DNA from: Veleropilina oligotropha
Taxonomy: Eukaryota
Reading direction: 5' to 3'
Assembly: GCA_048128005.1 (NCBI GenBank)
Contig: JBEUKZ010000112.1
Location: 310,001-374,000 of the forward strand
Length of the DNA stretch: 64,000 nt
In this document: positions 13,344 to 25,393 of the stretch, in pieces
Layout: each line of letters opens with the position of its first letter
How positions within the stretch are numbered: position 1 is the stretch's first letter
Program-made: the position numbers and the translations under genes
The notes under the pieces: model-generated
Told to the model about the DNA's origin: nothing
The model's database searches: none
What the model saw: only the letters and a program-made list of their open reading frames with translations

Positions 13344-14261
13344 TACTCAACCAAAAAAGAAACGCACACCCCACTTTTACATAATTTCACTAGGTTAACA
13401 AATTGCGAAAATTGGATGCAAGAAAACATTTCTGAGACACTATCTTTCTTTCCTCCATTAATTAAATAATGAAAGATTATTTTTTTCTGTCAAAACAAAT
13501 TTGCAGGGAATATTAAAATGCAAACCGTCTGTGCGTGCGCTCGCCCGTGCAATTGATCTTTTCCGGAGTGTATCTCATAAACCGCTCAACATATCTTCTC
13601 GAAATTTGGTTTGTGTATTAATCAATTGGTGAACTGGTACCATTGCTAAGTGTAATGTTGTGCGGCGACTATCGACAGAGTTACTGCCCTTGTTGCTATT
13701 TAAACGTAGAAATACGCTTACTCCTTTGTATCTCCATGAAATAAAGTATACAGGCCTAGTAATTGTGAATGTACCATTGCAGGGGATATTGATAGCCGTG
13801 TCTTCTTATTCATTAATGAAGAAAAGAAAGTTAGTGTCCGATCAAAGGCTCCTTGCATTAAATGTTCACAAATTGGGTTTGAAATTTCTTGCTTTAAATA
13901 AAACCAAGGGCAATAACTCTGTCTATAATGACCGCACAATATAAAAATTAGCCATAGTACCAGTTCACCAACTGATTAATACATCCACCAAATTTCATAA
14001 AGATAAGTTGAGCGGTTTATGAGATACGCTCCGGAAAAGGTCATTTGCACGGGCTGACAGACGCGTGAACGCACGGACGGTTTGCATATTAATATTCCAC
14101 GCAAAATATTTTGAGCTGGGAAAAATATCTTTTATTTAATTCATTAATGAAGAAAAGAAAGTTAGTGTCTCAGAAATGTTTTCATGCATTAAATTTCCGT
14201 AAATTGGTAACATAGTGAAATTATCTAAAAGTGGGGTGTGCGTTTCTTTTTTGGTTGAGTA
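13344..14261. mobile_element. Foldback MITE of Tc1/mariner type with TA target duplication
   Basis: TACTCAACCAAAAAAGAAACGCACACCCCACTTTTA is perfectly inverted at the right end; inverted similarity extends about 370 bp; TA on both sides. Confidence 0.9.
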
Positions 14262-15374
14262 TAGATGGTAATTATAATAGAAAATCTACATTCAGTCATC
14301 GAATAAAAACACATATTTTTATGCAGTACTTATTCAAATAGATTTGAAAAAGAAGGAAAGGATGTTCTCTATGTAATAATTCAGTTAATGTTTCACAGTA
14401 AAAGATTATTAATAGCCAAGATATTGTGGCAGATAGGAAAATGTCTTGCAAAAATACTATACTAATAGATCAAGTTCATAAGTAAATATATAAATAACGT
14501 CATATTCTTTCTAGCAAAATGGCCAATAGGAACACAATTCCTATGACTTAGATTGATGGATAACCACACTATGCATTATTTACGATATCAGATCAATAAA
14601 GAGTCTCTGGTAAAAGCAGTATCCAAACATTGCAGACCTATCAACTTCATAGCAGGTAACACTAGTACTACCAGCAACAAACCAACGGCGGGTTCGCATC
14701 GCCACCCACTCCGACTGGGTCTGTTTGCTCAAAGAAGTCGAGATGGCATTTCTATTTTTTGGCTCACCAGTATCAACAAGATAGGAACTCTGCCTTTTCA
14801 AATTGGTTTAGTGAAGGTACATGAGGGATAGCCATGTAGATGTTGCCACTGGAACATTTACTGGTAATAGAACTCCTGTTGGCAGTTCCTACTTAGTAAC
14901 TGACCCTGTCTTGCCCAATTGAACGTGATGTATCCCTGTGAAGGGTTATCTTGGGTAGTCAAACAGAAACCAATCTCCTGACTAGACCTGCAGGGGCTCT
15001 GCTACTGGCACATGGAAAAGATACGAAATCTACAGAAAACCTGCAGGATCCAACCATATTGATGCTGATTTACCTAATTTCAGCTGCTTAGATTATATAT
15101 AGTCTAGAAAGATTTAGATTGTCATGAATGATATGACGTGTATGAATGAGGCATTGGATAGTCAGTGTCAGACTTTCCTGGCTCAATGAGTGGAGATGTT
15201 GTCTAAATGAGGGACATCAAATATTCTTTAGTAAATTACCCTCGTTTATCAATTGCAATGTCGATTTTACACTTTATGCAGTGTCCATGGAAATAGCTAT
15301 GGTACTTGAAAATGCATGAAGTTGGATGGCCTTCGGGATTCGTACAGATAACATGAGATGATATGGCATTTTGT

Positions 15375-18300
15375 CAGACCTGTCGATGCTCCCGATTCTG
15401 GCGGGAGGGTCACGATTTCTGGACCCGTAACCCGCCAACCTGTCAATGGTCCCGAATCTGGCAGGATGGTCCCGATTTCAAGTATTTATCTTCCAAATAA
15501 ATTATCACAATCATGTCATAGTAGAGAAGCAAACGACTAGAACGCAGTTAATTACATTCGGATTATATCCATTGTACTTCAGGCCTACCTTAGTAATAGT
15601 GCTTGTTGATCACAATAGTTTAATGATTGATCAAAGCCACCAAGCTAATTTATTAATTAGTGCCTTCACGGGTGGACAACGATTTTGGCTAGACTCGAAT
15701 AGACATACATACGTTGTCGCCAATCCAAGTAATTTATTAGCCTATATAAATACTTCAGTTTTATTCCGTACATGTGGTTGATCAAACGATGTATTGCTCG
15801 CAAATCGTCAAATGATATCTTATCCTGTAGAATCGGGAAAATGCTTAAGCTGTTAAGTGGTGCTGAACTATACCGGAAGAAGTTTCACGAGTAAAATTAA
15901 CAACGAAATAGCCCGGATGTGAACGTACCACCGGATCGCAGGATTTGATAAAAGCCTCGCAACTTAAAAAATTGAAATTAAAGAAAGTTTTCTTAAATAT
16001 CAATTAGTTTATTTTAACAGGAAAGTGTATTTATTTACGTTCACAAGAATATAATTTAAGATTTTGGATGACGACTCCCAGTTCAAAAGTTGCTGTGCGA
16101 TTAAATGCGTTTTTGCACTGGTCTCGTTTCCAAACAAGTTAACTCGAAAACAAGTTTGTAATTTGTCTGCGGCTTGTCATAAAAATAGACAGCCGCCCAG
16201 CTATCAGGAACCCCAGCCTTATATAGCAATCAGACTGCCATATAAAATCTGTGATCTTGACCTTGCCAGTAGCCCTTGGCTAAACACTGTGCTAACTGTC
16301 CATCATGAAGAAGTTCGGATGAAAAAATAATTTAAAAGAAAGAAAAAATTGTGAGTATATTTAGACCTCTGTGACCTTGACCTTTGACCAAAGGCCATTA
16401 CCGGCCCGGACAAAATTTAAGGGTCAAAGGTCATTGCCGCAATGTCAAAGGTCATTCACATGAAATTTCGCTACCATGGACTAGCGTATGATAGGGTAGT
16501 TTGCATACCAAATGAAATCAAGGTAACATGTTTGGTAGCCGAGATATAGACCGGACAACATTGCAAATTGCGAATATATTTTGACCTCCGTTACCTTGAC
16601 CTTTGACGAAAGGCCATTTTTCGTATTTGTTATATGATGTACTAACCTTAAAGGAATAGTTTGGCCCCGAAAAATAAAAAAATTACGAAAAATTTAAAAA
16701 ATCTAAATATAGAAAATTTGTGAAGAGGTCAAAGGTCAAATGATCAAAATTTTACTTCCATGCACAGGTTTGAAGTATAGGCAACACATCTAAGAAAAAA
16801 TTAGAAGGCAAACATGTTTGGTCTCCGAGAACCGGCCCGGACAAAATTTAAGGGTCAAAGGTCATTGCCGCAAGGTCAAAGGTCATTCACGTAAAATTTC
16901 GCAACCATGCACTAGCGTATGACGAGGTTAGTTAGCATACCACATGAAATCAAGGTAACATGTTTGGTAGCCGAGATATAGGCCGGACAACATTGAAAAT
17001 TGTGAGTATATTTTGACCTCTGTGACCTTGACCTTTGACCAAAGGCTATTTTTCGTATTTGTTATATGATGTACTAACCCTAAAGGAATAGTTTGGCACC
17101 GAAAAATAAAAAAATTACGAAAAATAAAAAATCTAAATATAGAATATTTGTGAAGGTCACTATGCAGAGGTCAAAGGTCAAATGATCAAAATTTTACTGC
17201 CATGCACAGGTTTTAAGTACAGGCAACACATCTAAAAAAAAATTAGAAGGCTAACATGTTTGGTCTCCGAGAACCGGCCCGGACAAAATTTAAGGGTCAA
17301 AGGTCATTCACGTGAAATTTCGCCGCCATGCACTAGCGTATGATAAGGGTAGTTAGCATACCATATGAAATCAAGGTAACATGTTTGGTAGCCGAGATAT
17401 AGGCCGGACAACATGAACCGCCCGTCCGTCCGCCTCGGGCGATGACAATAACCCCAGCTTTTTTTAAGCTGGGGTTAAAAAGTGTTAACGTGTCAGTACT
17501 TCCCGCGTTTATCCTCGAAATTACGGTATCTATTTGAAGTACCATAAAAGAATTGCGTCAGAATAAACCGATAGCAAGTTTAGTTTATTTAGGCCAATGT
17601 CAAACCGCGCAATGTGTTAACAGCGACGGTAAACTGTCAGAATGTTCTGTTCTGCAGGAGAACAAGCAAGATGGGCCAGGCCATTTATAGCAGACGACAA
17701 CGGCAAACAATAATCAGAAATAACTATTTTTTCATTGTCATTATGTATACGCAAGTTAATTAAATTTAGTTTATTCTATACTTCTGTTGCAACTTGGAAC
17801 CATTAATGGCTGACGACAACGGCAAACAATATTTGACATTTTTTCTGGCAATTTTGCGTAAATTACGCATTTGAATTAAAATTAATTTATTCTATGCATT
17901 CTGGAGGTGAACACACGAGCTGGATCTTTAGCAGATGACAACAGGAAACATTAATTAGCAACATTTAATAGTTTATATAGGCCTACATTTATTAATTATA
18001 AATACACATCTATATATATATAATATGTTGTAGGTAGCACCTAGATACGAACGCAGAATAGAGATTATACATAATTTTTTTTTATGAAATCCGTACCCTG
18101 CGATGTAATGTTTGCTTAATTTTGAAACACGTCTTTTATTCATAACGTCTAGTGTAAGCCGACACCCATTCCGCGACGTCGCACATTGTTGCTATGCACA
18201 TTCTCTGACGTCACTTGTTAAAAACTACACCTATTCCGCGACGTCACCCGTTGTTGCATAGCTACGCATTTTCGCCGACGTCACAATTTTTCAAAACATC

Positions 18301-18700
18301 GCCATTCTTGTAGCAAAAGAGATATGCATAGATGAGAGTATTGGGTTTATATCAATTTGTCGCGTTATTTTACTTGGATAATTTGAAGTTTAAAATCGGC
18401 CGTTGTCCAATAATTACGTTGTTTTGCATATCGCGATGGTGCGAGATTTTGGTACTTCAATAAAAATAGATCAACGAGATCGAGTGGTGAACACAAAACA
18501 TTCGATACATGGCTGACTGGAGTTTGCGCAGTGGTCAATCCGTGACCATCCGGTTCAAGTTGCAAGGATATGCACAGGTATGTGTAGATATTGTAGTCAT
18601 GTCCCTAATCTATAGGACGATCTTGGTTCGTTATAAGTGTGTGTATGCATGTCGTGGAAGAAATCTCCCCCTTTGGCATTTTTAAATGTTGACAGGTCTG
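15375..18700. mobile_element. Putative non-autonomous hAT-like element (CAGACCTGTC termini)
   Basis: CAGACCTGTCGA versus TTGACAGGTCTG (11/12 inverted); subterminal cccga/ggcgggag motifs; left flank attttgt reappears 3 nt after the right end. Confidence 0.5.
16184..17480 (+). mobile_element. HINE/pearl-like repeat, same family as 36771-38766
   Basis: Head atagacagccgccc.gctatcaggaaccccagc; tandem cores of about 430 bp rich in aaggtcaaaggtca; terminal hairpin accccagctt...aagctggggt; A-run flanks. Confidence 0.8.
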
Positions 18701-18907
18701 CTGATTTTGTATTTGAATGTTATTACTTTGAATGATGAAATGGATTGACGCAGCGTTGTGTGCAATAGCACTCAGCAGAGATCGACCAATGTGTCTATTT
18801 ATAGTAAGCGCAGAAATGCGTGACGTTTCACGCACAGCCCAAATTCGAACAAATAATGTGTGCTCGAGTTTCTAGTGAACAAATTTCAACAACGTCTATT
18901 GTAAACA

Positions 18908-19380
18908 ATGGTTAAAAGGTGCTCTTATGGCACGTGTAACAGCGATAATCGATATACGACTAAAGATTACATGCAGGGAGTTAGTTTTGTAAAGTTTCCG
19001 AAGCCGTGGGTTGCCGCCGAAAAGGAAAAATGTGCTCGTTGGGTTCATTTATGCGGAAGGAAATACTTCACAACAGAGAACGTGACAAAAGACACGTACA
19101 TATGTACAAAACATTTTATTGGAGGAAAAGGACCGACTATTGAAAATCCCGACCCCTTAAAACGACCAGAAACAAAATATGATGTAAGTGCCTCGATTTG
19201 TTATATTTTATGTGTCGTATAGAGATCCGATCTGCAAGTTGTGTAATTATAAAATTAGACTTTGGCCTAAATGGTAACCTCGTACAAGAGCAATTTTATT
19301 AAATTATTGGATAATGGATCCTTAAAATATAAACAATGTTACATGTATACCTGCAGTTTGGATATATATTTATTAATATA

Positions 19381-19475
<95 letters not shown>

Positions 19476-21141
19476 CACATTTGATATTATAACTTGATAG
19501 CTTAGAAATGTATACAATTGAGTGGATATGTCGCTATATAATATATTATGTGATTTTTTCTCTAAACTAGTTCCTAAGCAGAAACATGTTAGTTGTTACT
19601 GTAATGTAATTTCTTGTAATGCTTTGCTTTGCCAGGTAATACGTGCAGGGAAGACTCCACGTCAGCCGAATAAGAAAATTATCATGGCATGCACGACATC
19701 CAGAAAGAGGAAGGCTTACAGTGATGCCGATCATTCATATTGTTCGACAACGGTTATGGTGGAACCAGAGATCTCGACTGAAGTTGCTGTTGTACCATTG
19801 GTTACATCTGTTAATAATACTGCTTCAAGTTCTACATGTGCTGTAAGTTTTTTAAAATGTATGAATGAAATAATAGTTAACTGATTTGTGTGAAAGGTCG
19901 CCCAGATAGCGGCTAAGCTGCTTGGATAAAAGTGCCAACTCCACTCATTGAATATTGCCATTAATATTAGCACGGATTATGGAAATAAATCTTCTATATC
20001 AACCTATTTAATTTCAAATTAATACTATATGATTAGCATTGATTACATTTAATCTCTTTCAGGAAACAAGTTCCCAAGGATCGCAAACAGAGACACGTGC
20101 AATTTCATCTGGTGTTAAAGAACAAGTCCATCTGAAGCTAGAAATCTTAGCATTAAAAAACAAGATTTCTATGATCGAAAATAATATTCCAAAGCAAGTC
20201 AGTTCATGTGAGCACTTCAATCTCGAAAAATGTATGCAAGATGATAAAACTAAATTCTACACTGGCTTATCTAGTGCTAACTTCGAATGCCTTTGGAATT
20301 TCTTGGGGCAATCAGTCTTTAAGCTCCACAGAGTTAATGAGGAGAGGTCGCACCAAAATGCAAACAAGAGTCCTAGTAAGCTACCAGGGCCATCTCGCAA
20401 GCTCACACCAAGAAATGAGTTATTTTTAACGCTAGTCTGCGATTAGGTTTATTGAATGAAGACCTTGGATATCGTTTTGGAATCAGCAGTAGTCTGGTTA
20501 GTTCCATAATCACATCATGGGTGCAACTTATGTTTCAGCAATTCAATGCTATAAGAAAATATATGTACCCTACTCGACAGATCGTCCAAAGGCATATGCC
20601 GAATTGTTTCAGGAAAATGAAAAGCACTCGCGTAATCATTGATGCATCTGAATTTTTTACGGAAACGCCACGGCATTATACACAGCAAGGGAACATGTAC
20701 TCGTCGTACAAAAATCACTGTACATTAAAGTTGTTAATGGGAATAGCTCCAAGTGGAGCAATTAGTTTCGTGTCTGATGTTTTTGAGGGTGCCATATCTG
20801 ACAGGGAACTTTTTATCCAAAGTGGATTGCTTCAACTGATTGAACACGGAGACCTCGTCTTAGCAGACAGGGGTTTTACCATTGCAGACCTTTTACTGGA
20901 GAAAGGTGCTAGTTTGAATATTCCCCCGTTTTTGCAAGGACGTGCCAGACTAACTCCATCAGAAGAAGCGAAAACGAAACTCCTCGCAAAGCTGAGAATT
21001 CATGTGGAGCGGGCATTTGAACGAATTAAGAAATTTAAAATTCTAAAGCGAATAATTCCATTGAATATTCTGCCCATATTCTCTCAAATGGTTTTTGTTG
21101 TTGCATGCCTGGTTAATTTCCAAGAACCACTTGTGAGGTAA
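18908..21141 (+). pseudogene. THAP + HTH + Harbinger/ISL2-type DDE transposase; exons 18908-19183, 19636-19842, 20063-21141; one frameshift near 20436
   Basis: C2CH THAP (CSYGTC..FPKP..W...C..ICTKHF); two phase-0 GT-AG introns; LFLTLV/LRLGLLNEDLGYRFGIS broken by a frame change; catalytic motifs IIDASE, LADRGF and RIHVER intact. Confidence 0.88.
19376..19473. repeat. (TA)n microsatellite in transposase intron 1
   Basis: About 95 bp of nearly pure TA. Confidence 0.95.
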
Positions 21142-21534
21142 TACAACTTGTCAATGGTGAAGTGAGCATGTGCCGATTCACCTCTTTTTGCTTCTTGTGA
21201 GTGTAAAAAAACCTCACCCATTTATTATTATTATCCCTTATTGTATTCTTGCTACACTTGTATTATAATAATGATATTATAATATTGTCATTTGATAAAT
21301 TAATATTTTTGTAATCAGTGTTTGTCTCGAGTGTATCATGTATGAATATAGAATTTCAAGGTTCTGGCCGTCCATAACTGACAGATACGTGTGGATTTCA
21401 CCGAATATTCCATGTTTTCCGTTCACAATAATATGAATATACTGCTGGAATAATATACATTGTTATAAGCAAAACTCATGAACTGTATGATTACAGTGTT
21501 TTACACTGGCTCTACAGGGAGAGTTCAAGGTTGA

Positions 21535-21785
21535 TTGAACGCATTTCTGTTCGATGCTCAATATCCTTTTTTTACCAATCCATCGGATTCATACTTAGGC
21601 ATGTTCATATTATCGTGGGAGGAAAGTCGTCGCCAGGGAAAACTCGCCTTCTCCGGTCATTTATTTACAACTGTGACTGGTAACGAACAAAGAATGCTAT
21701 TGCCTCGACCGAGATTCAAACTCATGGTTAGACAGAGCAGTGAATTATATTTCAAATCGGTCACTAATTAACGATAACCAGTGGT
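21535..21785 (-). mobile_element. Old family B SINE copy in the spacer between the two ISL2EU genes
   Basis: gggaggaaa..gtcgccagggaaaactcgcc.tctccggtc...gaacaaagaatgcta...ccgagattcaaact resembles 7583-7815. Confidence 0.6.
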
Positions 21786-22077
21786 GGAGTGTGGATTAAG
21801 CAGTGATTTATGTCTATGAAAATATGAACATAAGCCAATGTGACTTTAATTTGTTGTCGAGCAAGAAAATATGTATATTGTGTATATATATATATATATA
21901 TAGCTGCATTAAAATGAGTGCAACACAAGCATTTTAAATGATTAATAATAATATTTTATATACATATAAAAATTTATACATTGTGTCGGCATATGAACAT
22001 GTCTACAACACCCCGTAACTGAGGCAATTTACGTCATGGAAATCATTCTAAGCAACAACATGCGTAGATTGGCTGGT

Positions 22078-24442
22078 TTAGTCACAGATTTGTGCCGCTA
22101 CTGACAAGCGCTTTCTCTCCAATTCCAAGTCCAGCACCTTTAAATGACGCACTGACCTCATCTCAAAATATTCTGGCACCATTATATTGGCATGATATTG
22201 AACAAGTTTGCAACAAACACCATTCCAAAAAGCTGAATCAAAGCTGATTCTTTCGACGCTAACTTCTTTTGGTGTCCAGACAATAAAGTCACACCAGTTC
22301 TTTTTACAAATGCCCATTTGCATTTGCACCTGGTAATAATATTTATGATTGGTTTTCAATACCAGTTTTCCACATTCGAACGTACAGAAGAAATTTCTCT
22401 TTTGAACATTATTAAGTTTGACAGGTGCATCATGAAAAGTAACATTTTCAAGCAGTTTCGGGCATTTGATTTCTGCAAGACCTACACAGTCATTTGGCAT
22501 ACCTGGATCTATAACTATGAGGTCTGGGCTTGCCCCTAACTGTGGATAATCAGGATTAATCCAAAAGCCTGTTTCCTCTGTCTGAAAATTTGTGTGAACC
22601 TTTTTCATTTCACCTTCATACGTTTCAGCAGCAATCGATTCATTTTCTCTCCCATACTTGATTGCGATCACCGTGTTTAAATCATTTACGTCCCAAAGCA
22701 AATGTTTTGTTAGTTTGTCAATGCCACGACGTGTAACTTGTGAAACGTCTTTGCAGATAGATGCAGTTATCCTGCCATAGCGAATTCTATGCCATTCGTC
22801 GTTGATATGCTGACCTTCAGTACCTTGCACTTCAAATGGTTCAGATCTGCCATTTGCTATGTTCGCTAAATTTGAAACGAATGAATGAGATAAGGTGTCC
22901 AAAACGGCTAACCTACTTGCACAAATCTCATAGTCATCGTAGGTAATTTCCAGTAATGTCTGCCACATGGTGTGTGTTCCCGACGGATCATGGGCATTCA
23001 TCAGTTCACGGACAAACTGATTAATCATGCCATCATGAGATTCGACAACTTGTAATGTGGGTGGCCTCGGATCCAACGCCTGAACATCCATAACACTCTT
23101 ACGTCTACGTTTGGGGTTCTTCGTTAAGGAATAATTAATTTCTCTTAATACTTTCGGTTCTTTCCGGCTCGTTCTCCCTTTGTTCCATTCACAAAGCTTG
23201 CTTGTACAGGATACAGGCGAATATCCAAATGTGGCGATGAAATCTTCAAGTGCGATTAATACAGCAGCTACATGCGCACAACGACCCAAAGCTGAAGCCT
23301 TGCAAACACATGACGCATCTTTAATCACACCAGATACATCAGAAATGGTGATAGTGACATCATAGTCTACTTGCGAATAAGACGCTTGTACTTGAGCTTT
23401 CACAAAGTAGAAATTTCCTTTCTTGCAATCAAACAAAGATTTCACATGCCCACTTTTAAACAAAGTGTCTCCCTTTGTTAATGGCTTGACAGTGTGAATA
23501 TCTTCACCATCGTCGCTATCCATGGCATCGTTCACAACCGCTGTTTCAATCATGTAATGATACGTGCTGCCATGGTTGAAGAACTCTGGCAAATTAACAG
23601 ATGGGAATATTTTCCATCCTAGAACTGGCATAAATGGAATGTCGTTGCACGACTTCGACTTGTTGGACTGTCGATCTTTGACCTTTTTATCATACCATTT
23701 ACCACCATCAATGCTTGGCACAATGCCATATGTGCCCACATCTACTGCATCTTGACACCTATAGTTAACAAATAAAAAAATATTAACATAAAATACCAAT
23801 AATAATCGACTTCAAAGTTTCTTTACACTTAATATTTTTAAATTTAATGACGTATCAATACTGATAACTATGACAACCACTGACCAGTCATTTAAAACTG
23901 AAAAATTGTTGGCGTGGTCGTTAAATATTCACCCATGCTAATTTCTGCCCAAATATATAACTTAATTATAGGCCTACAATAATAAATAAGTCTACATGTC
24001 ACGATTTTTCGTAGAAGTACGGGGACGGTACCGTACAGTTAATATGGAGATATTTTTTACAACCAGTTACAAGCACGTGCGACGTACGTCATTACGGTTT
24101 CGTGTCATAACATTTCGCATATATTTGTACAAACAAAAGAGTGAACATTACATCCTTGTGGTCCCAAACATTTAATTAATAAATACAATACTTACCGGCT
24201 ATGAGCAATAGGCCTAAGTTAAATAACTGGTTACAAGCAAAATGATATCGGCGTTATCGCGCATGGCAGCGTAACATTTGTTCTATTTACCTTTTAATTA
24301 GATCAGGTTTATTCCCTTTCGTCGGCAATCCATGACATTCGAGCCACCTCTTCAGTTGAACAACAGAATGCTGGTCGACAAAAGAATACGTAAATTTCGC
24401 CCCGGGCACATCATTATCCGTCAGTTCAAGTACACTCGCCAT
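22078..24442 (-). CDS. SAP + SWIM zinc finger + YqaJ (lambda-exonuclease-like PD-(D/E)xK) protein, about 610 aa; exons 24442-24291 and 23758-22078
   Basis: SAP-like VVQLKRWLECHGLPTKGNKPDLIKR; phase-2 GT-AG intron; SWIM CVCKASALGRCAH; YqaJ motifs W...RYGRITAS, YGRENE, LGASPD, EIKCP and YYYQVQMQM; uninterrupted frame. Confidence 0.9.
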
Positions 24443-25393
24443 TGTCAAATGGCATTGCTTTGTTCGAATTGCGATGTGTGCACATAAAGCGATGACGTCA
24501 TCTCTGATAGGTGCTATTGACAAGAGGGAAAATACCCAGCACTTCCAGTAACTGAACTTGGATCTCTGAATTTATAGCTCTCTCCAAACCATCAAAGGAA
24601 AAAATGTAATACAAGTCATATTATATTCACATTTGGAAACAATCAATGTAGATATATTTATGATGTTTACAGGACACAATTTCGAAAATTATCTAGCTGC
24701 TTGCCACCATAACTGAATAGTGTAAGTCACACCCTTAGTCAACAGTAGAACAACTGCTAAAGAGGAACATGGGCTTCACCATAAGGTTATGTAGGATTGA
24801 AAATAGATTAGATGGCCAAACAAAACTATCATATTACGCTGGATTCTCAAATCTGTGCACCAGACTTTTCCTCAGAATCATGGCTACAACACAGAAATTA
24901 TGTGAATACATAACCTGCTCACCATCAGGACATTACTGTTAGCGTGAGAATTGGTAAATATGTTGCAGAATATAATCATGTTTTTAAACTTGAATGAAAT
25001 TTTTGAAATTTTTACTCTCTCTTGAAATATGCAGTTTTCTTTCTATCAGACTATTAAATTGTGCCATAAATAGAAAGGATGCTGCTGCAAGAACCAAACT
25101 ACCACATAATTGTTCTTAATTTTCTCATACATATAACTTTTTCCAAACACCACTTACAAAGCTTTAATATACTGTCATCTTGCTTACTGTGACCAATATG
25201 ATGTCATATTTTATCGAGATCCCAAACAGAGCCCTTCTATGACCTGATTACAAACGCATTGTTTGCCCAGACAGCGAATTCGTGACGTCACGCGTGTTTC
25301 TCAGAGCCTGGCTGCAGGCAAATGACAACCTAAATACACACTTGCTCCCAATAAGTAAACATCAAATTTATAATAACTCATTCGATGCACTTA

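Larger units (their letters stand above)
18767..24515. mobile_element. ISL2EU-type (PIF/Harbinger-related) DNA transposon, near full length
   Basis: TIRs AGCACTCAGCAGAGAT / ATCTCTGATAGGTGCT (13/16); AT on both flanks (18765-66 and 24516-17); convergent THAP-DDE and YqaJ genes inside. Confidence 0.85.

Noticed and set aside
19271..19517. ORFs rich in IY repeats
   Set aside because: Translation of a (TA)n microsatellite.
21155..21220. Structured or guide RNA downstream of the transposase (ggtgaa/ttcacc and gtgag/ctcac stems)
   Set aside because: Stems of 5-6 bp are expected by chance; no support without covariation data.
22078..23799. Prophage or viral insertion, or horizontal transfer, suggested by YqaJ
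   Set aside because: The gene has a spliceosomal intron and lies with a DDE transposase inside TIRs; no viral genes nearby.
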